The position numbers were made by a program, and so were the translations under genes. The notes below the pieces were generated by a model, which made no database searches, was not told the origin of the DNA, and was given only the letters and a program-made list of their open reading frames with translations. A stretch of 18,879 nucleotides of DNA from a candidate division WOR-3 bacterium (GTDB lineage Bacteria > Hydrothermota > Tepidihabitantia > Tepidihabitantales > Tepidihabitantaceae). Positions within the stretch are counted from its first letter, which is position 1, and the number at the start of each line of letters is the position of its first letter. The stretch is from positions 1 to 18,879 of the forward strand of contig CBFGIY010000048.1 of NCBI GenBank assembly GCA_965648935.1. The letters run 5' to 3'. This document shows positions 1 to 9,255 of this stretch, piece by piece.

Positions 1-108
1 CCAGCTGCGACCGGATCGTCTATATGTTGTTTGAAAAGCTGAACCGACGGTGGCAGAATCGCCCGCTCTGGACTGCCTGTGAATCTACACAAAAAGATTG
101 ACGCTACC
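1..108 (+). mobile_element. Right end of an IS256-family insertion sequence (transposase C-terminus plus right terminal inverted repeat)
   Basis: An open frame from the window edge ends at TGA 99-101 inside TACACAAAAAGATTGACGCTACC (86-108). Its reverse complement, GGTAGCGTCAATCTTTTTGTGTA, resembles IS256-family termini. The segment is more AT-rich than the rest of the window. The end may be 108 or 109. Confidence 0.8.
3..101 (+). CDS. IS256-family transposase, C-terminal fragment (5' partial)
   Basis: Translates as SCDRIVYMLFEKLNRRWQNRPLWTACESTQKD*, matching the S..R.vy......n..W...TQ pattern I recognise at IS256 transposase C-termini. Not in the ORF track. Confidence 0.75.
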   Translation, partial: SCDRIVYMLFEKLNRRWQNRPLWTACESTQKD

Positions 109-120
109 CGACCGCAGGCA

Positions 121-154
121 CAAGAACAGCGGCGGGGAGTCGACTCCCCGCCGC
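121..154 (-). terminator. Probable intrinsic terminator of the 610-aa gene
   Basis: Perfect 26-bp palindrome GCGGCGGGGAGTCGACTCCCCGCCGC (129-154), 20 nt after the stop at 175, followed on the minus strand by TGTTCTTG. Confidence 0.7.
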
Positions 155-174
155 AAAGAGAACCGCTGCCCGTG

Positions 175-2007
175 CTAGCGGGCGATGATGACCTTGGCCA
201 CCGGGAACGCGCTGCCGACTGCCCGGGCGAAGTAGATGCCCTCTGGCAGCAGCCGACCGCGGCTGTCACGGCCGTCAAACCGGGCACTGCCGCGCTCCAG
301 TTCGAGCGTGCGCACGACGCTGCCGGTCGCGTCGTAGACCTCGACCGCGGTGGCGTTGCCCAACGCATTCTCGAGCTTCAGCGTGGTCAGAGTGCCGAAC
401 GGGTTGGGCGTGACCGCAATGCCTGCGCGCGGCCGCACCGGCGCCGGGGTGAGCTCCATCAGCCCGACCGGACCGGACACGGTCGCGTTGGCCATCACGT
501 CCTGGCGCGCGGCGTCACGGCCGGGCGCCCACACGCCGGTGTATTCCCAGCCCTGGAACGACAGCGGCGGCACCGAATCCATCCCGAAGGACGGGTCGGA
601 TGAGACCGCCGACATCGCGCCGACAAAGAAGCCGCCCTCGGTGATGACCGCCGGGGTGGGCAGGGTCAGCGAGTACCAGTTGGCCGCGCTGACATTGATG
701 TTCTGGATGAAGAGCGTCTCGCCCGGCGAGCCGCCCGGCCCGTTGTCCTTGAACAGCCCCAGCGCGGCGGTGGCGCTTGAGGTAGACTGGGCGTAGATGC
801 GTATCGAGCTGATCGAGCAGGGGTAGACCGGCGGGTAGAAGAAGTTGCCGAACCCGCCCGGCCCGTTCCACGACATCGAGGCAGTCGGCGTGCCTCGGTC
901 ATAGGTCAGGGTCGAAGGCATCGTGATGACGCGATACTCTATCTTGGCGGTGTCGTTGGTCGGCATCACGTCGCCGGTCATCCGGCTGTAGATGGACAGG
1001 ACATAAACGCCGGCCGCGGTCGGCACGTAGGCATTGGGGAAGGCGACCGAGTCGCTCTCGCCCGGGTTCATCGCCCGCGCCGTCGCCGAGTCAAAGAACA
1101 CCACCGAGCCGTTGGTGCGCGCGACCTTGGCATAGACCTTGAACGCCGCTTCGGGCTGGTTGCCGAAGTTGCGGAAAATGCCCCAGAATCCCTGCGGGCG
1201 GTTGTTGATGCCGAAGAATGCCGCGGTCTTCTGGTTCATCGCCTTGTAGGTACCGACATCGTGCACTTGATAGGTTGTTGAGTCCGGCGGGTAGAAGCGT
1301 ACGGCAAGCGCCGCGTGGTACATGTTGCCCGGCGGGATCGTGCCCGACAGATAGTTAAGCCCGACCGCGCCGGAGACGTTTTCGATACCGGTCTGGTTGT
1401 TGGTCGGCTGCCAGCCCTGGTAGGGAGAACCGGATTGCTCCTTGTACTGGTAGGTGATCGACGAATCCGGCTTGGACAGGATTATCTGGAAGCTGTTGTT
1501 ACCCCCAGTGGACCAGAAACGGATCGAGTCGAACTGCACGATGAACGTGTCGCGGCTCGGGTTGGTCCAGTACCAGGCCGAACCTTGCGGCGAACCGCTC
1601 GGGCTCGGGTCCAGGTCGCTCATCAGGATCGCAAGGGTGTTGTTCGTGCGCTGGGTCGACGGCACCGGGTTGAACGGCGACGCGTTCAGGCCGTTATCGC
1701 CGAAGGTTATGTAGCCGTTGGACCCGACATAGATCGAGCTCACCCGGTACCAGTAGTACGGGAAATCGAAACCGATCGGGAACGGGCCAACCACGTTGTC
1801 GTCGCCCAGACCGGTGATGCGCGTGCCCGCGCCTTTGATGTCGACCCAGTTGTAGGTCGGCGCGCCCGGCGCGGTAGTGTCTGAATCAAGGTAGCGGTAG
1901 CCGTAGGCATCGGGGCCGCCGCCGCCCAGCAGGATCGGCGCGCCGACGCTGCCCGGGTTCACCGGGGAAACGGCGACAAGCGCGATCGCGATTATGGATA
2001 GTATCAC
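175..2007 (-). CDS. Secreted protein with beta-rich extracellular domains and C-terminal FlgD-Ig/T9SS type A-like domain
   Basis: Signal peptide; GGPDAYGYRYLDSD...YNWVDI...GDD...PFPIGFDFPYY module; C-terminal PNPF...VYDATGSVVRTL...FDGRDSRGRLLPEGIYF...KVII. AGGAGG lies 6 nt before the second GTG (2007); alternative start 2010. Confidence 0.85.
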   Translation of the reverse strand: MILSIIAIALVAVSPVNPGSVGAPILLGGGGPDAYGYRYLDSDTTAPGAPTYNWVDIKGAGTRITGLGDDNVVGPFPIGFDFPYYWYRVSSIYVGSNGYITFGDNGLNASPFNPVPSTQRTNNTLAILMSDLDPSPSGSPQGSAWYWTNPSRDTFIVQFDSIRFWSTGGNNSFQIILSKPDSSITYQYKEQSGSPYQGWQPTNNQTGIENVSGAVGLNYLSGTIPPGNMYHAALAVRFYPPDSTTYQVHDVGTYKAMNQKTAAFFGINNRPQGFWGIFRNFGNQPEAAFKVYAKVARTNGSVVFFDSATARAMNPGESDSVAFPNAYVPTAAGVYVLSIYSRMTGDVMPTNDTAKIEYRVITMPSTLTYDRGTPTASMSWNGPGGFGNFFYPPVYPCSISSIRIYAQSTSSATAALGLFKDNGPGGSPGETLFIQNINVSAANWYSLTLPTPAVITEGGFFVGAMSAVSSDPSFGMDSVPPLSFQGWEYTGVWAPGRDAARQDVMANATVSGPVGLMELTPAPVRPRAGIAVTPNPFGTLTTLKLENALGNATAVEVYDATGSVVRTLELERGSARFDGRDSRGRLLPEGIYFARAVGSAFPVAKVIIAR

Positions 2008-2118
2008 CACAGACCTCCTTTGGACCCTTGCAGGGCCGTTGGTTGTCTTGCCTTTGCCAGCGATCCGGGCACTTCCCGAAGCGCCGGTATCACACGGCCT
2101 TGTCCGGCCGCTGTTCTC

Positions 2119-2146
2119 AATATATGCCGGCCCTGCGCGGTGTCAA
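2119..2146 (-). promoter_or_regulatory. Sigma70-type promoter for the 610-aa gene
   Basis: TTGACA (2146-2141), 16-nt spacer, TATATT (2124-2119) on the minus strand. Confidence 0.6.
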
Positions 2147-2161
2147 GCCATCGGCTGATGC

Positions 2162-2189
2162 TTGACTTGGCCCGGCCCGCGCCAAGAAT
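2162..2189 (+). promoter_or_regulatory. Putative sigma70-type promoter for the murA operon, possibly leaderless
   Basis: TTGACT (2162-2167), 16 nt, AAGAAT (2184-2189), with 8 nt between this box and ATG 2198. No Shine-Dalgarno is visible. Confidence 0.4.
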
Positions 2190-2197
2190 GTCCCCGT

Positions 2198-3460
2198 ATG
2201 GACAAGTTCCTCGTCCGCGGCGGCACTCGGCTCGAGGGCCGGGTCCGGGTCTCCTGCGCCAAGAATGCTGTCCTGCCCATCCTCGCGGCCTGCCTTCTCA
2301 CGGACGAGCCGTGTACGCTCCGCGGCGTCCCCCGGCTTGAGGATGTCGCCACGATGCTGCGCCTGCTCAGCACTCTGGGCGCGCGCGTCGAACGCCGCGG
2401 CTCGAGCGTCACCGTCACCGCGCGCGGCCGCCTCGACCGGACCGCACCCTATGACATCGTCCGGAGGATGCGCGCCTCCTACTATGTGCTCGGGCCGCTG
2501 CTCGCGCGGTTCGGCGATTGCCGCGTGTCTCTGCCCGGCGGCTGCGCCATTGGCCCGCGCCCGGTCGACCTGCACCTGAAAGGCATCTCCGCACTCGGGG
2601 CCCGCGTGACGGTCGAACACGGCTACATTCACGCGACGGCGCGGCGGCTGGCCGGCAACTCGATGGTACTCGAAGGCGCAAGCGGCCCGTCGGTCGGCGC
2701 CACCTGTAACGTGATGATGGCGGCCGCGCTCGCGCGCGGCGAAACGGTCATCGAAGGAGCGGCAGCCGAGCCCGAGGTCGCCGACCTCGCCGACTTCATC
2801 AACTGCCTCGGCGGCCGGGTCGACGGCGGCGGCACCTCCACCCTGCGTATCCGCGGCGTGAGGCATCTGCACGGCGCCGAGTACCGCCCCATACCCGACC
2901 GCATCGAGGCCGGCACCTTTGCCGCGGCCGCGGCCATCACTCGCGGCCGGGTCGAGGTCGCGGGCTGCAACCCGGCCCACCTCGCGGCAGTCATCGCCAA
3001 GCTCCGTGAGACCGGCGCCGTGGTCGAAACCGGCCGCAACTCCCTGACCGTCGCCGCGACCGACCGCCCGGCCCCGGTCAGGGTCAGCACGACGCCCTAC
3101 CCCGGTTTCCCGACGGACCTGCAGGCCCAGTTCACCGCCCTGCTCTGCCTCGGCCGCGGCGCCAGCGTCGTCACCGAGAACATCTTCGAATCGCGCTTCA
3201 TGCACGCGCTCGAGCTCAACCGGATGGGCGCGCACATCGACATCACTGGCAATATGGCAGTGATCCTTGGCGTCGATGCGCTCACCTCGGCCCAGGTAAT
3301 GGCCTCGGACTTGCGCGCCTCGGCCGCGCTTGTGCTCGCCGGCCTGGCCACGCGTGGCACCACCGAAGTCCTGCGCGTCTACCACCTCGACCGTGGCTAC
3401 GAGAGGATCGAGACCAAACTCCGCGGACTCGGTGCGCGCATCGAGCGGGTCACGTACTAG
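2198..3460 (+). CDS. murA: UDP-N-acetylglucosamine 1-carboxyvinyltransferase
   Basis: AKNAVLPILAA, RMRASYYVLGPL, LPGGCAIGPRPVDLH (catalytic Cys), SVGAT, DRIEAGT, PYPGFPTDLQAQ, DLRASAAL, HLDRGYE. Confidence 0.98.
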   Translation: MDKFLVRGGTRLEGRVRVSCAKNAVLPILAACLLTDEPCTLRGVPRLEDVATMLRLLSTLGARVERRGSSVTVTARGRLDRTAPYDIVRRMRASYYVLGPLLARFGDCRVSLPGGCAIGPRPVDLHLKGISALGARVTVEHGYIHATARRLAGNSMVLEGASGPSVGATCNVMMAAALARGETVIEGAAAEPEVADLADFINCLGGRVDGGGTSTLRIRGVRHLHGAEYRPIPDRIEAGTFAAAAAITRGRVEVAGCNPAHLAAVIAKLRETGAVVETGRNSLTVAATDRPAPVRVSTTPYPGFPTDLQAQFTALLCLGRGASVVTENIFESRFMHALELNRMGAHIDITGNMAVILGVDALTSAQVMASDLRASAALVLAGLATRGTTEVLRVYHLDRGYERIETKLRGLGARIERVTY

Positions 3461-3461
3461 C

Positions 3462-4529
3462 TTGTCGGGTCTTCCTTCAAGCACCGCGCGCCGTCTGACG
3501 CGCTCTGTCCGAATCGGCCGGCTGACGATCGGCGGCGGCGCGCCGGTCGCGGTCCAGTCGATGACCAACACCCGCACCGATGACATTGCCGCAACCGTGC
3601 GCCAGTCACGCCGGCTCGAACGCGCCGGGTGCGAACTCGTGCGCATCGCTGTACCTGACGCCCGTGCGGCCGCGGCCCTGCCTGCTATCCGTGCCCGGCT
3701 GAGTCTGCCGCTCTGCGCCGACATCCACTTCGACCACCGCCTCGCTCTCGCCGCACTGAAGGCCGGTTTTGACAAAGTGCGCATCAACCCCGGCAACATC
3801 GGGTCTGCCATGAAGGTGAAGGAGATCATCCGCGCCGCGGCCGACGCGGGCGCGGCAATACGCGTCGGGGTCAACGCCGGTTCACTCGACAAGACGACCC
3901 TGCGCCGGCATGGCCGTCCCACACCTGCGGCGCTGGTCGAATCGATGACGCGCTGCCTCGAGCCCTTCGACCAGCTCGACTTCAAGTCGATCGTCCTGTC
4001 GGCAAAAACCACGAGCATACCCGAGACCATCACGGTGTACCGCGAGCTTGCCCGCCGTTTTCCCTGGCCCTTGCACATCGGCCTGACCGAAGCCGGCCTG
4101 CCGTTCGAAGGAGGAGTCCGGTCGGCTGCCGCGCTCGCGCCGCTGCTGCTTTCGGGCATCGGCGATACCCTGCGCATCTCGCTCTGTGGCAGCCCCGTGC
4201 TCGAAGTGAAGGCCGCGTGGGAACTGCTCGCCGCGCTCGGGATTCGGCGGCACGGCCCGGTTGTCTATGCCTGCCCGACCTGCGGCCGCACGCGCATCGA
4301 CGTCGCCGCGCTTGCCCGACGGGTCAGCCGCGCGCTTGAACGCTCGACGTCACCGGTCAAGGTCGCGGTGATGGGCTGCGTGGTCAACGGACCGGGCGAG
4401 GCGCGTGAAGCCGACTTCGGCATCGCCGGCGGCGCCGGCCGGGGTGTCATCTTTGCTCGCGGCGATGTCGTGAAGACCTGTTCGGAAAAGATGCTTGTGC
4501 GCGAGCTGTTGCGTATAATGTCCCGATGA
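3462..4529 (+). CDS. ispG: (E)-4-hydroxy-3-methylbut-2-enyl-diphosphate synthase
   Basis: IGGGAPVAVQSMTNT, ADIHFD, RINPGNIG, IRVGVNAGSL, HIGLTEAG, CPTCGR, MGCVVNGPGEA. The start is inferred as the TTG one base after the murA stop. Confidence 0.96.
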   Translation: MSGLPSSTARRLTRSVRIGRLTIGGGAPVAVQSMTNTRTDDIAATVRQSRRLERAGCELVRIAVPDARAAAALPAIRARLSLPLCADIHFDHRLALAALKAGFDKVRINPGNIGSAMKVKEIIRAAADAGAAIRVGVNAGSLDKTTLRRHGRPTPAALVESMTRCLEPFDQLDFKSIVLSAKTTSIPETITVYRELARRFPWPLHIGLTEAGLPFEGGVRSAAALAPLLLSGIGDTLRISLCGSPVLEVKAAWELLAALGIRRHGPVVYACPTCGRTRIDVAALARRVSRALERSTSPVKVAVMGCVVNGPGEAREADFGIAGGAGRGVIFARGDVVKTCSEKMLVRELLRIMSR

Positions 4530-5986
4530 GCCGTCGCGCTTCCCGCCGCTTCCTGCCTGCTCTGCTCTCGCTCTTTTCGGCAGCCACCGTCGCTCTGGGC
4601 TGCACCATAGGCGCATTCGGCTCCGCCTCGACCGTGGACGGCCGGGCTGTGCTCTGGAAGAACCGCGATGTCGACGACCAGAACCAGGAGTTGCGTCACT
4701 GGAATCTCGGCCGCTATCGGTTCGTCTCCAACGCCTATGCCGACGACACGCTCAACGCCTGGGGCGGCATCAACGAAGCCGGGTTCGGCATAATGAACTC
4801 CAACGCCTACAACCTCGGTCCCAAGCTCAAGCGCAAGGGGCCGGATGACGGCAACATCATGGCCCTGGCCCTCGCCACCTGCGCCTCGCTTGCCGAGTTC
4901 GAAAAACTGCTCGACTCGCTCAACTGGGTCGGCCGCAATACCCCGGCCAACTATGGTGCTCTCGACTCGACCGGCGCCGCGGCTATCTACGAAACCTCAA
5001 ACACATGGTATGTCCGCTGCGACGCCTCGGCTGACACGCTCGGTTACACCCTGCGCGCGAACTTCTCCTTTTCCGGCGACACCGTGCGCCGACGCGGTCT
5101 CAACCGTTTTTTGAGGGCGTTCGAGGTCTGTTCGACCCGGTATGCCGCGGGTCCGCTCGACCAACGCTTCATCATGGGCCGGCTTGCCCGCGATCTGGGT
5201 CAGGTCGGCTTCAACCCCTACCCCTTGCCCTACAGCGGCACCGTCGGTTCCCTGCCGCCCGGCTACCTGTCGACCGACACCACGGTCTGTCGTCTCAAGA
5301 CCCGTTCGGTCGAGGTGATTGTCGGGCCGCGACCGGGCGGCAGCCCGGGAACCGGAATGCTCTGGTACTACCCCGGGTCGCCCCTGACAAGCCTGCCGAT
5401 TCCCGCCTGGGTCGCGGCCGAGAGCGTACCCGAGGCGCTGAACGGCCCGGAGCGGGCCGTGCTCTGCGACGAGGCAATCCGTCTGCGCGACTGGCTGCAC
5501 TCGGCACCGGCTTTCCCGTACGCCATCAACTCCCGGGCACTCGCCGTGGTGCTCGACTTCTTCACCCCGGTCGAATCGATAGTATACCAGTTGGTTGACA
5601 GCTGCGAAACAGCCTGGGGCAATTCCGGTCCCGATCCATTGCAGGCCTGGGATGTCACCAGCCGTTGCTGTTCACTCGCCCTTGACGCCTATCGCGGAGT
5701 CTGGGACCGCCTGCTCTGGGAACGGCTCGCGCGCTACAGCGTGCCCGGCCCGGAATCGATGCCCACCGTGGTGCGGGGCACGGGCCGCGTGCCCCTGCCG
5801 GCCGATTTCCCCCGCGGCCGCGCCGCCGTACTCGATGCCGCCGGGCGGCAGGTCGCAGAGCTGCTGCTGGGACGCAGCCAGGCGTCGTTCGATTGGCCGC
5901 CCGCCGCGATCACTTCGGGCAACTACTTCCTTCTCGGACGGGACGAGCAGGGCATCAGGCTGCTGCGCCTCGCCTACGTGCGCTAG
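4526..5986 (+). CDS. Secreted Ntn-hydrolase (peptidase C45 / acyltransferase-like) with degenerate C-terminal sorting domain
   Basis: Signal peptide followed by CT...TVDGRAVLWKNRD, GGINEAGFGIMNS and RANFS; C-terminal VLDAAGRQVAEL...SGNYFL. ATGA overlap with ispG. Confidence 0.8.
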   Translation: MSRRASRRFLPALLSLFSAATVALGCTIGAFGSASTVDGRAVLWKNRDVDDQNQELRHWNLGRYRFVSNAYADDTLNAWGGINEAGFGIMNSNAYNLGPKLKRKGPDDGNIMALALATCASLAEFEKLLDSLNWVGRNTPANYGALDSTGAAAIYETSNTWYVRCDASADTLGYTLRANFSFSGDTVRRRGLNRFLRAFEVCSTRYAAGPLDQRFIMGRLARDLGQVGFNPYPLPYSGTVGSLPPGYLSTDTTVCRLKTRSVEVIVGPRPGGSPGTGMLWYYPGSPLTSLPIPAWVAAESVPEALNGPERAVLCDEAIRLRDWLHSAPAFPYAINSRALAVVLDFFTPVESIVYQLVDSCETAWGNSGPDPLQAWDVTSRCCSLALDAYRGVWDRLLWERLARYSVPGPESMPTVVRGTGRVPLPADFPRGRAAVLDAAGRQVAELLLGRSQASFDWPPAAITSGNYFLLGRDEQGIRLLRLAYVR

Positions 5987-6743
5987 CCAGCGCCGCCCCG
6001 GTCGCCGCGGCCAGAAACGGCTTCTTCGCAGCAGTAACCGGCAACCCGAGCGCGCCCTCCAGCGCCGCACGCATCCCCTCATCCTGCGCCACGCCGCCCG
6101 TGAACACAACCTCGCCATCTATGCGCAGCCTCGCCGCCATGTTCGCCACCCTGCGCGCCAGCGCCTCGTGTAGCCCGGCGATGATATCTTCAACCGGAGT
6201 GTCCGCGGCCAACAGCGACAGGATTTCCGACTCGGCCATCACCACGCAGAGACTGGATATCGGCACTGGCCGGCGCGACGAAAGGCCCAGCCGGCCGAAG
6301 CTCTCCAGCGGCACCGACAGTGTCCGCGCCAGCACCGACAGGAAGTGTCCGGTGCCGGCTGCGCACCGGTCGTTCATCGCGAAATCGGCGACCCGGCCCG
6401 ACTCGTCCAGCGTCAGCACCTTGGAATCCTGCCCGCCGATGTCGACGACGGTCCGGCACTCGGGATGCCAGTACCTTATGCCCAGTGCCGCCGCCTTTAT
6501 CTCGGTTATCGTCTCGACCGCGCCGTCAACGACGCCGCGCGCGTAGCCGGTTGCGGTCAGCCCGTCGATTCTGCCTCGAAGGTCCGAGTGTTCGCGTCGG
6601 CAGTCTTCGAGAACACGCCGGGCCGTTTCGCGCGGGCGCGGCCCGGTCGGCTCAACGCGCTCACAGACCGCGCTGCCGGCCGCGTGGTCAAGGACTACAA
6701 GCTTGGTGTTCACCGAGCCGACATCGATGCCGGCAGTAATCAA
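5955..6743 (-). CDS. Acyl-CoA dehydratase activase (HgdC/BadF/BcrAD-type ASKHA ATPase, [4Fe-4S])
   Basis: GIDVGSVNTK, TATGYAR, TEIKA, DIGGQDSK, MNDRCAAGTG, SSLCVVMAESE, FTGGVA. TTG start with GGAGG, overlapping the upstream stop. Confidence 0.93.
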   Translation of the reverse strand: MITAGIDVGSVNTKLVVLDHAAGSAVCERVEPTGPRPRETARRVLEDCRREHSDLRGRIDGLTATGYARGVVDGAVETITEIKAAALGIRYWHPECRTVVDIGGQDSKVLTLDESGRVADFAMNDRCAAGTGHFLSVLARTLSVPLESFGRLGLSSRRPVPISSLCVVMAESEILSLLAADTPVEDIIAGLHEALARRVANMAARLRIDGEVVFTGGVAQDEGMRAALEGALGLPVTAAKKPFLAAATGAALASARRRGAAA

Positions 6744-7792
6744 GGCTTCCTCCTCCCGCCGAACCCCGGGTTCTCGCCGGCTTCACGGGCCGCTCTGACA
6801 AATGCGCGCACGTTCTCCTCGGGCGTGTCGACCGGCACCTCGCACCCGGTCGCGGCCACGAACCCGCGCGGGCAGCGTCTGCCGGCCGCCACCATCGCTC
6901 TCACTTCCCGGTCTATTGTCGCCGGCGCGCCGAGCAGCAGTTCCGAAGTATCGAAGTTGCCCACGACCCGACAACGCTCACCCGCGGCCGCGATCGCCGC
7001 GTCAAGCCCGATACGGTCAACGCTCAGGAGGTCGGCGCCGCTCTCGGGCATTGCATCGATTATCGAGCCCGTGTCGCCGCAGATGTGCAGCACGATGTCG
7101 AGATCAAAGCGGTGCAGGTAGCGAATCACCGCCGCCTCCGAAGGCAGCGCGAATTCGCGATAGTGTTCGGCTGAAATGACGCTCCCCGACGCGAGCGGGT
7201 CGACCAGCAGCGGCAACCCGCCCGCGCCGACGATGGCGCGGCAGAAACTCACCGTCGCCTGCGTCGCGTACTCAAGCAGCGCCTTGACTCGTTCCGGCTC
7301 AACCAGGAGTCCGGTCAGGAACGCCTCCGGGTCCACCAGCTGCTGGGCCGTCGTGAACGGCGCCGGCACATAGGCAAGTATCGGCACCGTGTCGCCGCGC
7401 GCCTCCCACGCGTCGGAAATCGCATCAAGATAGAGCCGTAACCGGCCGTCGCGCGCCGGGTCAACCGCCGCGCCGTCGGGCTCGACCAGCTCGCGCCACC
7501 TCGGTTCCGACAGCAACGGCAGGTCGTCCTCCGGATAGTGGTACCGCGAGCCCAGCGCCTCGGCCACCAGGCCGACCTCGGAGAAGAACGAGATGAAGTC
7601 GATGCCGTAGCGCTCCTGCGCGGCGAGCTGGCAGCGGGCCATCGCGTGGCCGTCGGTGTAGTACTCGCGCAGGCCCGCGCCCGCGATCCGGGCCGCGTGC
7701 GCCGTGACCAGCGGGTACACCGGCACGCGGTCCTGCGGCTCGTCGATGACCAGCAGGCCGAAACGCTCCCTCGGCGTGAGCAGTTCCCTCAC
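6740..7792 (-). CDS. Uroporphyrinogen decarboxylase-family (MtaA/CmuA-like) corrinoid methyltransferase
   Basis: DRVPVYP, AEALG, DPARDGRL, DPLASGSVIS, Zn-ligand motif LHICG and ATGCEVP. GTG start inferred from the GTGA overlap with the upstream stop. Confidence 0.88.
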   Translation of the reverse strand: MRELLTPRERFGLLVIDEPQDRVPVYPLVTAHAARIAGAGLREYYTDGHAMARCQLAAQERYGIDFISFFSEVGLVAEALGSRYHYPEDDLPLLSEPRWRELVEPDGAAVDPARDGRLRLYLDAISDAWEARGDTVPILAYVPAPFTTAQQLVDPEAFLTGLLVEPERVKALLEYATQATVSFCRAIVGAGGLPLLVDPLASGSVISAEHYREFALPSEAAVIRYLHRFDLDIVLHICGDTGSIIDAMPESGADLLSVDRIGLDAAIAAAGERCRVVGNFDTSELLLGAPATIDREVRAMVAAGRRCPRGFVAATGCEVPVDTPEENVRAFVRAAREAGENPGFGGRRKP

Positions 7793-9255
7793 GCCCCCCT
7801 CCGACCGCGCACGACCTCGAGGAACGCGGCGATGCGGGTCTCTATCTGCCGGTTCAGCTCGCGGGCCGGTGCGAGAATGTCGAACTCCAGCACCGGCAAG
7901 CCCAGCGCCGTTCGCACCTCCTCGGCAATCGGCCGCGATTCCATCGCGCAGTGCGAGCCGCCCAGCACGCCCGACACGATGACGCCCTCGGCGTCGTGCG
8001 CGCGGGCCCGGCTGATTAGCGACGCGGCACGCTGGCGGCTGGTTCCGATGAGCGAGGCGGCGAGAAACGATTCGGCGATCGCGTCGAGTCCGGGCCGGCT
8101 GTCGGCCGCAATGCTCTCCAGCGCCTGATTGATGAGATACTCGGTCCCAACCACGCGGCAGCCGCGGTCTTCCACCGCGCATAGAAAGAGCGGGTCAGCC
8201 GGCGGCGAGCACCACGCGATGCGCAGCGCATCGCGCTCCAGCGGCAGGTCCCCGGTCTCGACCCGGCGCCGCGCCGTGTCGCGCAGGTCTTCAAGGATGT
8301 CGGCCCACTCAAGCGCGTCCGAGTAGCCGTGCAGGCAGCCGAACTCGACAACCATCATCTCCAGCGCGGGCAGCGCGCCGTGGCGATAGGCCAGCTCGGT
8401 GAGCTCGGCGGTGAGCCCGCGCACACGGTTGGCGAGCGCGATCCCGCGGGCGAGGTCGGCGTCGGTCAGCCGGTGACCGGTCAGTGCCTCGATCCGCGAT
8501 ACGACGCGCCGATACTCCTCAACCAGCAGGTCGCGCGCGGCCGGGTCGTACTCGACCCCGCTGCCCGCGGTCGTAGCCCGGCCGCCCGCGCACCCGCGGC
8601 AGGCCAGCGGGTCGGCACGCATCGGCACCTCGACCCACATCGCTTCGGGCACGAGCGTCGCAACACGCGATTCGACGCCGGAGAAATCGTCGCAGGTCGC
8701 GCCGGTCGAAGCGATGACGAGGTCCGGGTCGGGAAAGTAGGAATGCTTGGCGAACGCGCCGAGCGCCGCGCGCGAGAAGCAGGTCGCCTCGCCGATGCCG
8801 AGCTCGGCCGCGGCGTCAAACAGCACGTTCGACTCCATCACGAACGGCGTCCACCAGATGCAGTCCGGGTAGAACGCGACGCAGCCCGGGAACGAATTGA
8901 CGATAACCGGCACCGCGCCGAGGTCGCCCATCACGGCGATGACCTTCAGGCCAAGCTGCCGCGCCCGAAAGAGCCGCTCGGTCTCGTTCTGGACAAACCC
9001 CCACAGGCGCAGCGCGGCGAGCGAGTTGTCAAACTTCAGCCGCTTGAGATGCCGGCAGCCGTAGATGGCGAATGTCTGAGGCGGAAAGAGATAGGCCGAC
9101 CACTGGGCCGGCGCGGCCTGATGCTGACGGAAGTAGTGGTAGCGGTCGATGGTTTCGTCGGGCACGCGGTCAAACAGCTCCAGCCATTCCTCGAACCCGA
9201 TTCGCGCCGCCTTCGGGTCGCGCCACCCGGTCAGCCGGCAGACGTCACTCGTCAC
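7789..9255 (-). CDS. 2-hydroxyacyl-CoA dehydratase (HgdA/B-D) family Fe-S protein with N-terminal extension
   Basis: TCFSRA, GATCDDF, IEALTGHRLTDADLARGIALANRVR, AEGVI..HC, LGLPVLEFD, QIETRIAAFLEV. GTG start at 9255 is inferred and overlaps the upstream gene end. Confidence 0.85.
   Translation of the reverse strand: MTSDVCRLTGWRDPKAARIGFEEWLELFDRVPDETIDRYHYFRQHQAAPAQWSAYLFPPQTFAIYGCRHLKRLKFDNSLAALRLWGFVQNETERLFRARQLGLKVIAVMGDLGAVPVIVNSFPGCVAFYPDCIWWTPFVMESNVLFDAAAELGIGEATCFSRAALGAFAKHSYFPDPDLVIASTGATCDDFSGVESRVATLVPEAMWVEVPMRADPLACRGCAGGRATTAGSGVEYDPAARDLLVEEYRRVVSRIEALTGHRLTDADLARGIALANRVRGLTAELTELAYRHGALPALEMMVVEFGCLHGYSDALEWADILEDLRDTARRRVETGDLPLERDALRIAWCSPPADPLFLCAVEDRGCRVVGTEYLINQALESIAADSRPGLDAIAESFLAASLIGTSRQRAASLISRARAHDAEGVIVSGVLGGSHCAMESRPIAEEVRTALGLPVLEFDILAPARELNRQIETRIAAFLEVVRGRRGA

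Noticed and set aside
2117..4177. 686-aa minus-strand ORF and other long antisense ORFs (e.g. 9704-11221, 12036-13661)
   Set aside because: Shadow frames of well-supported genes in high-GC DNA, with no recognisable motifs.
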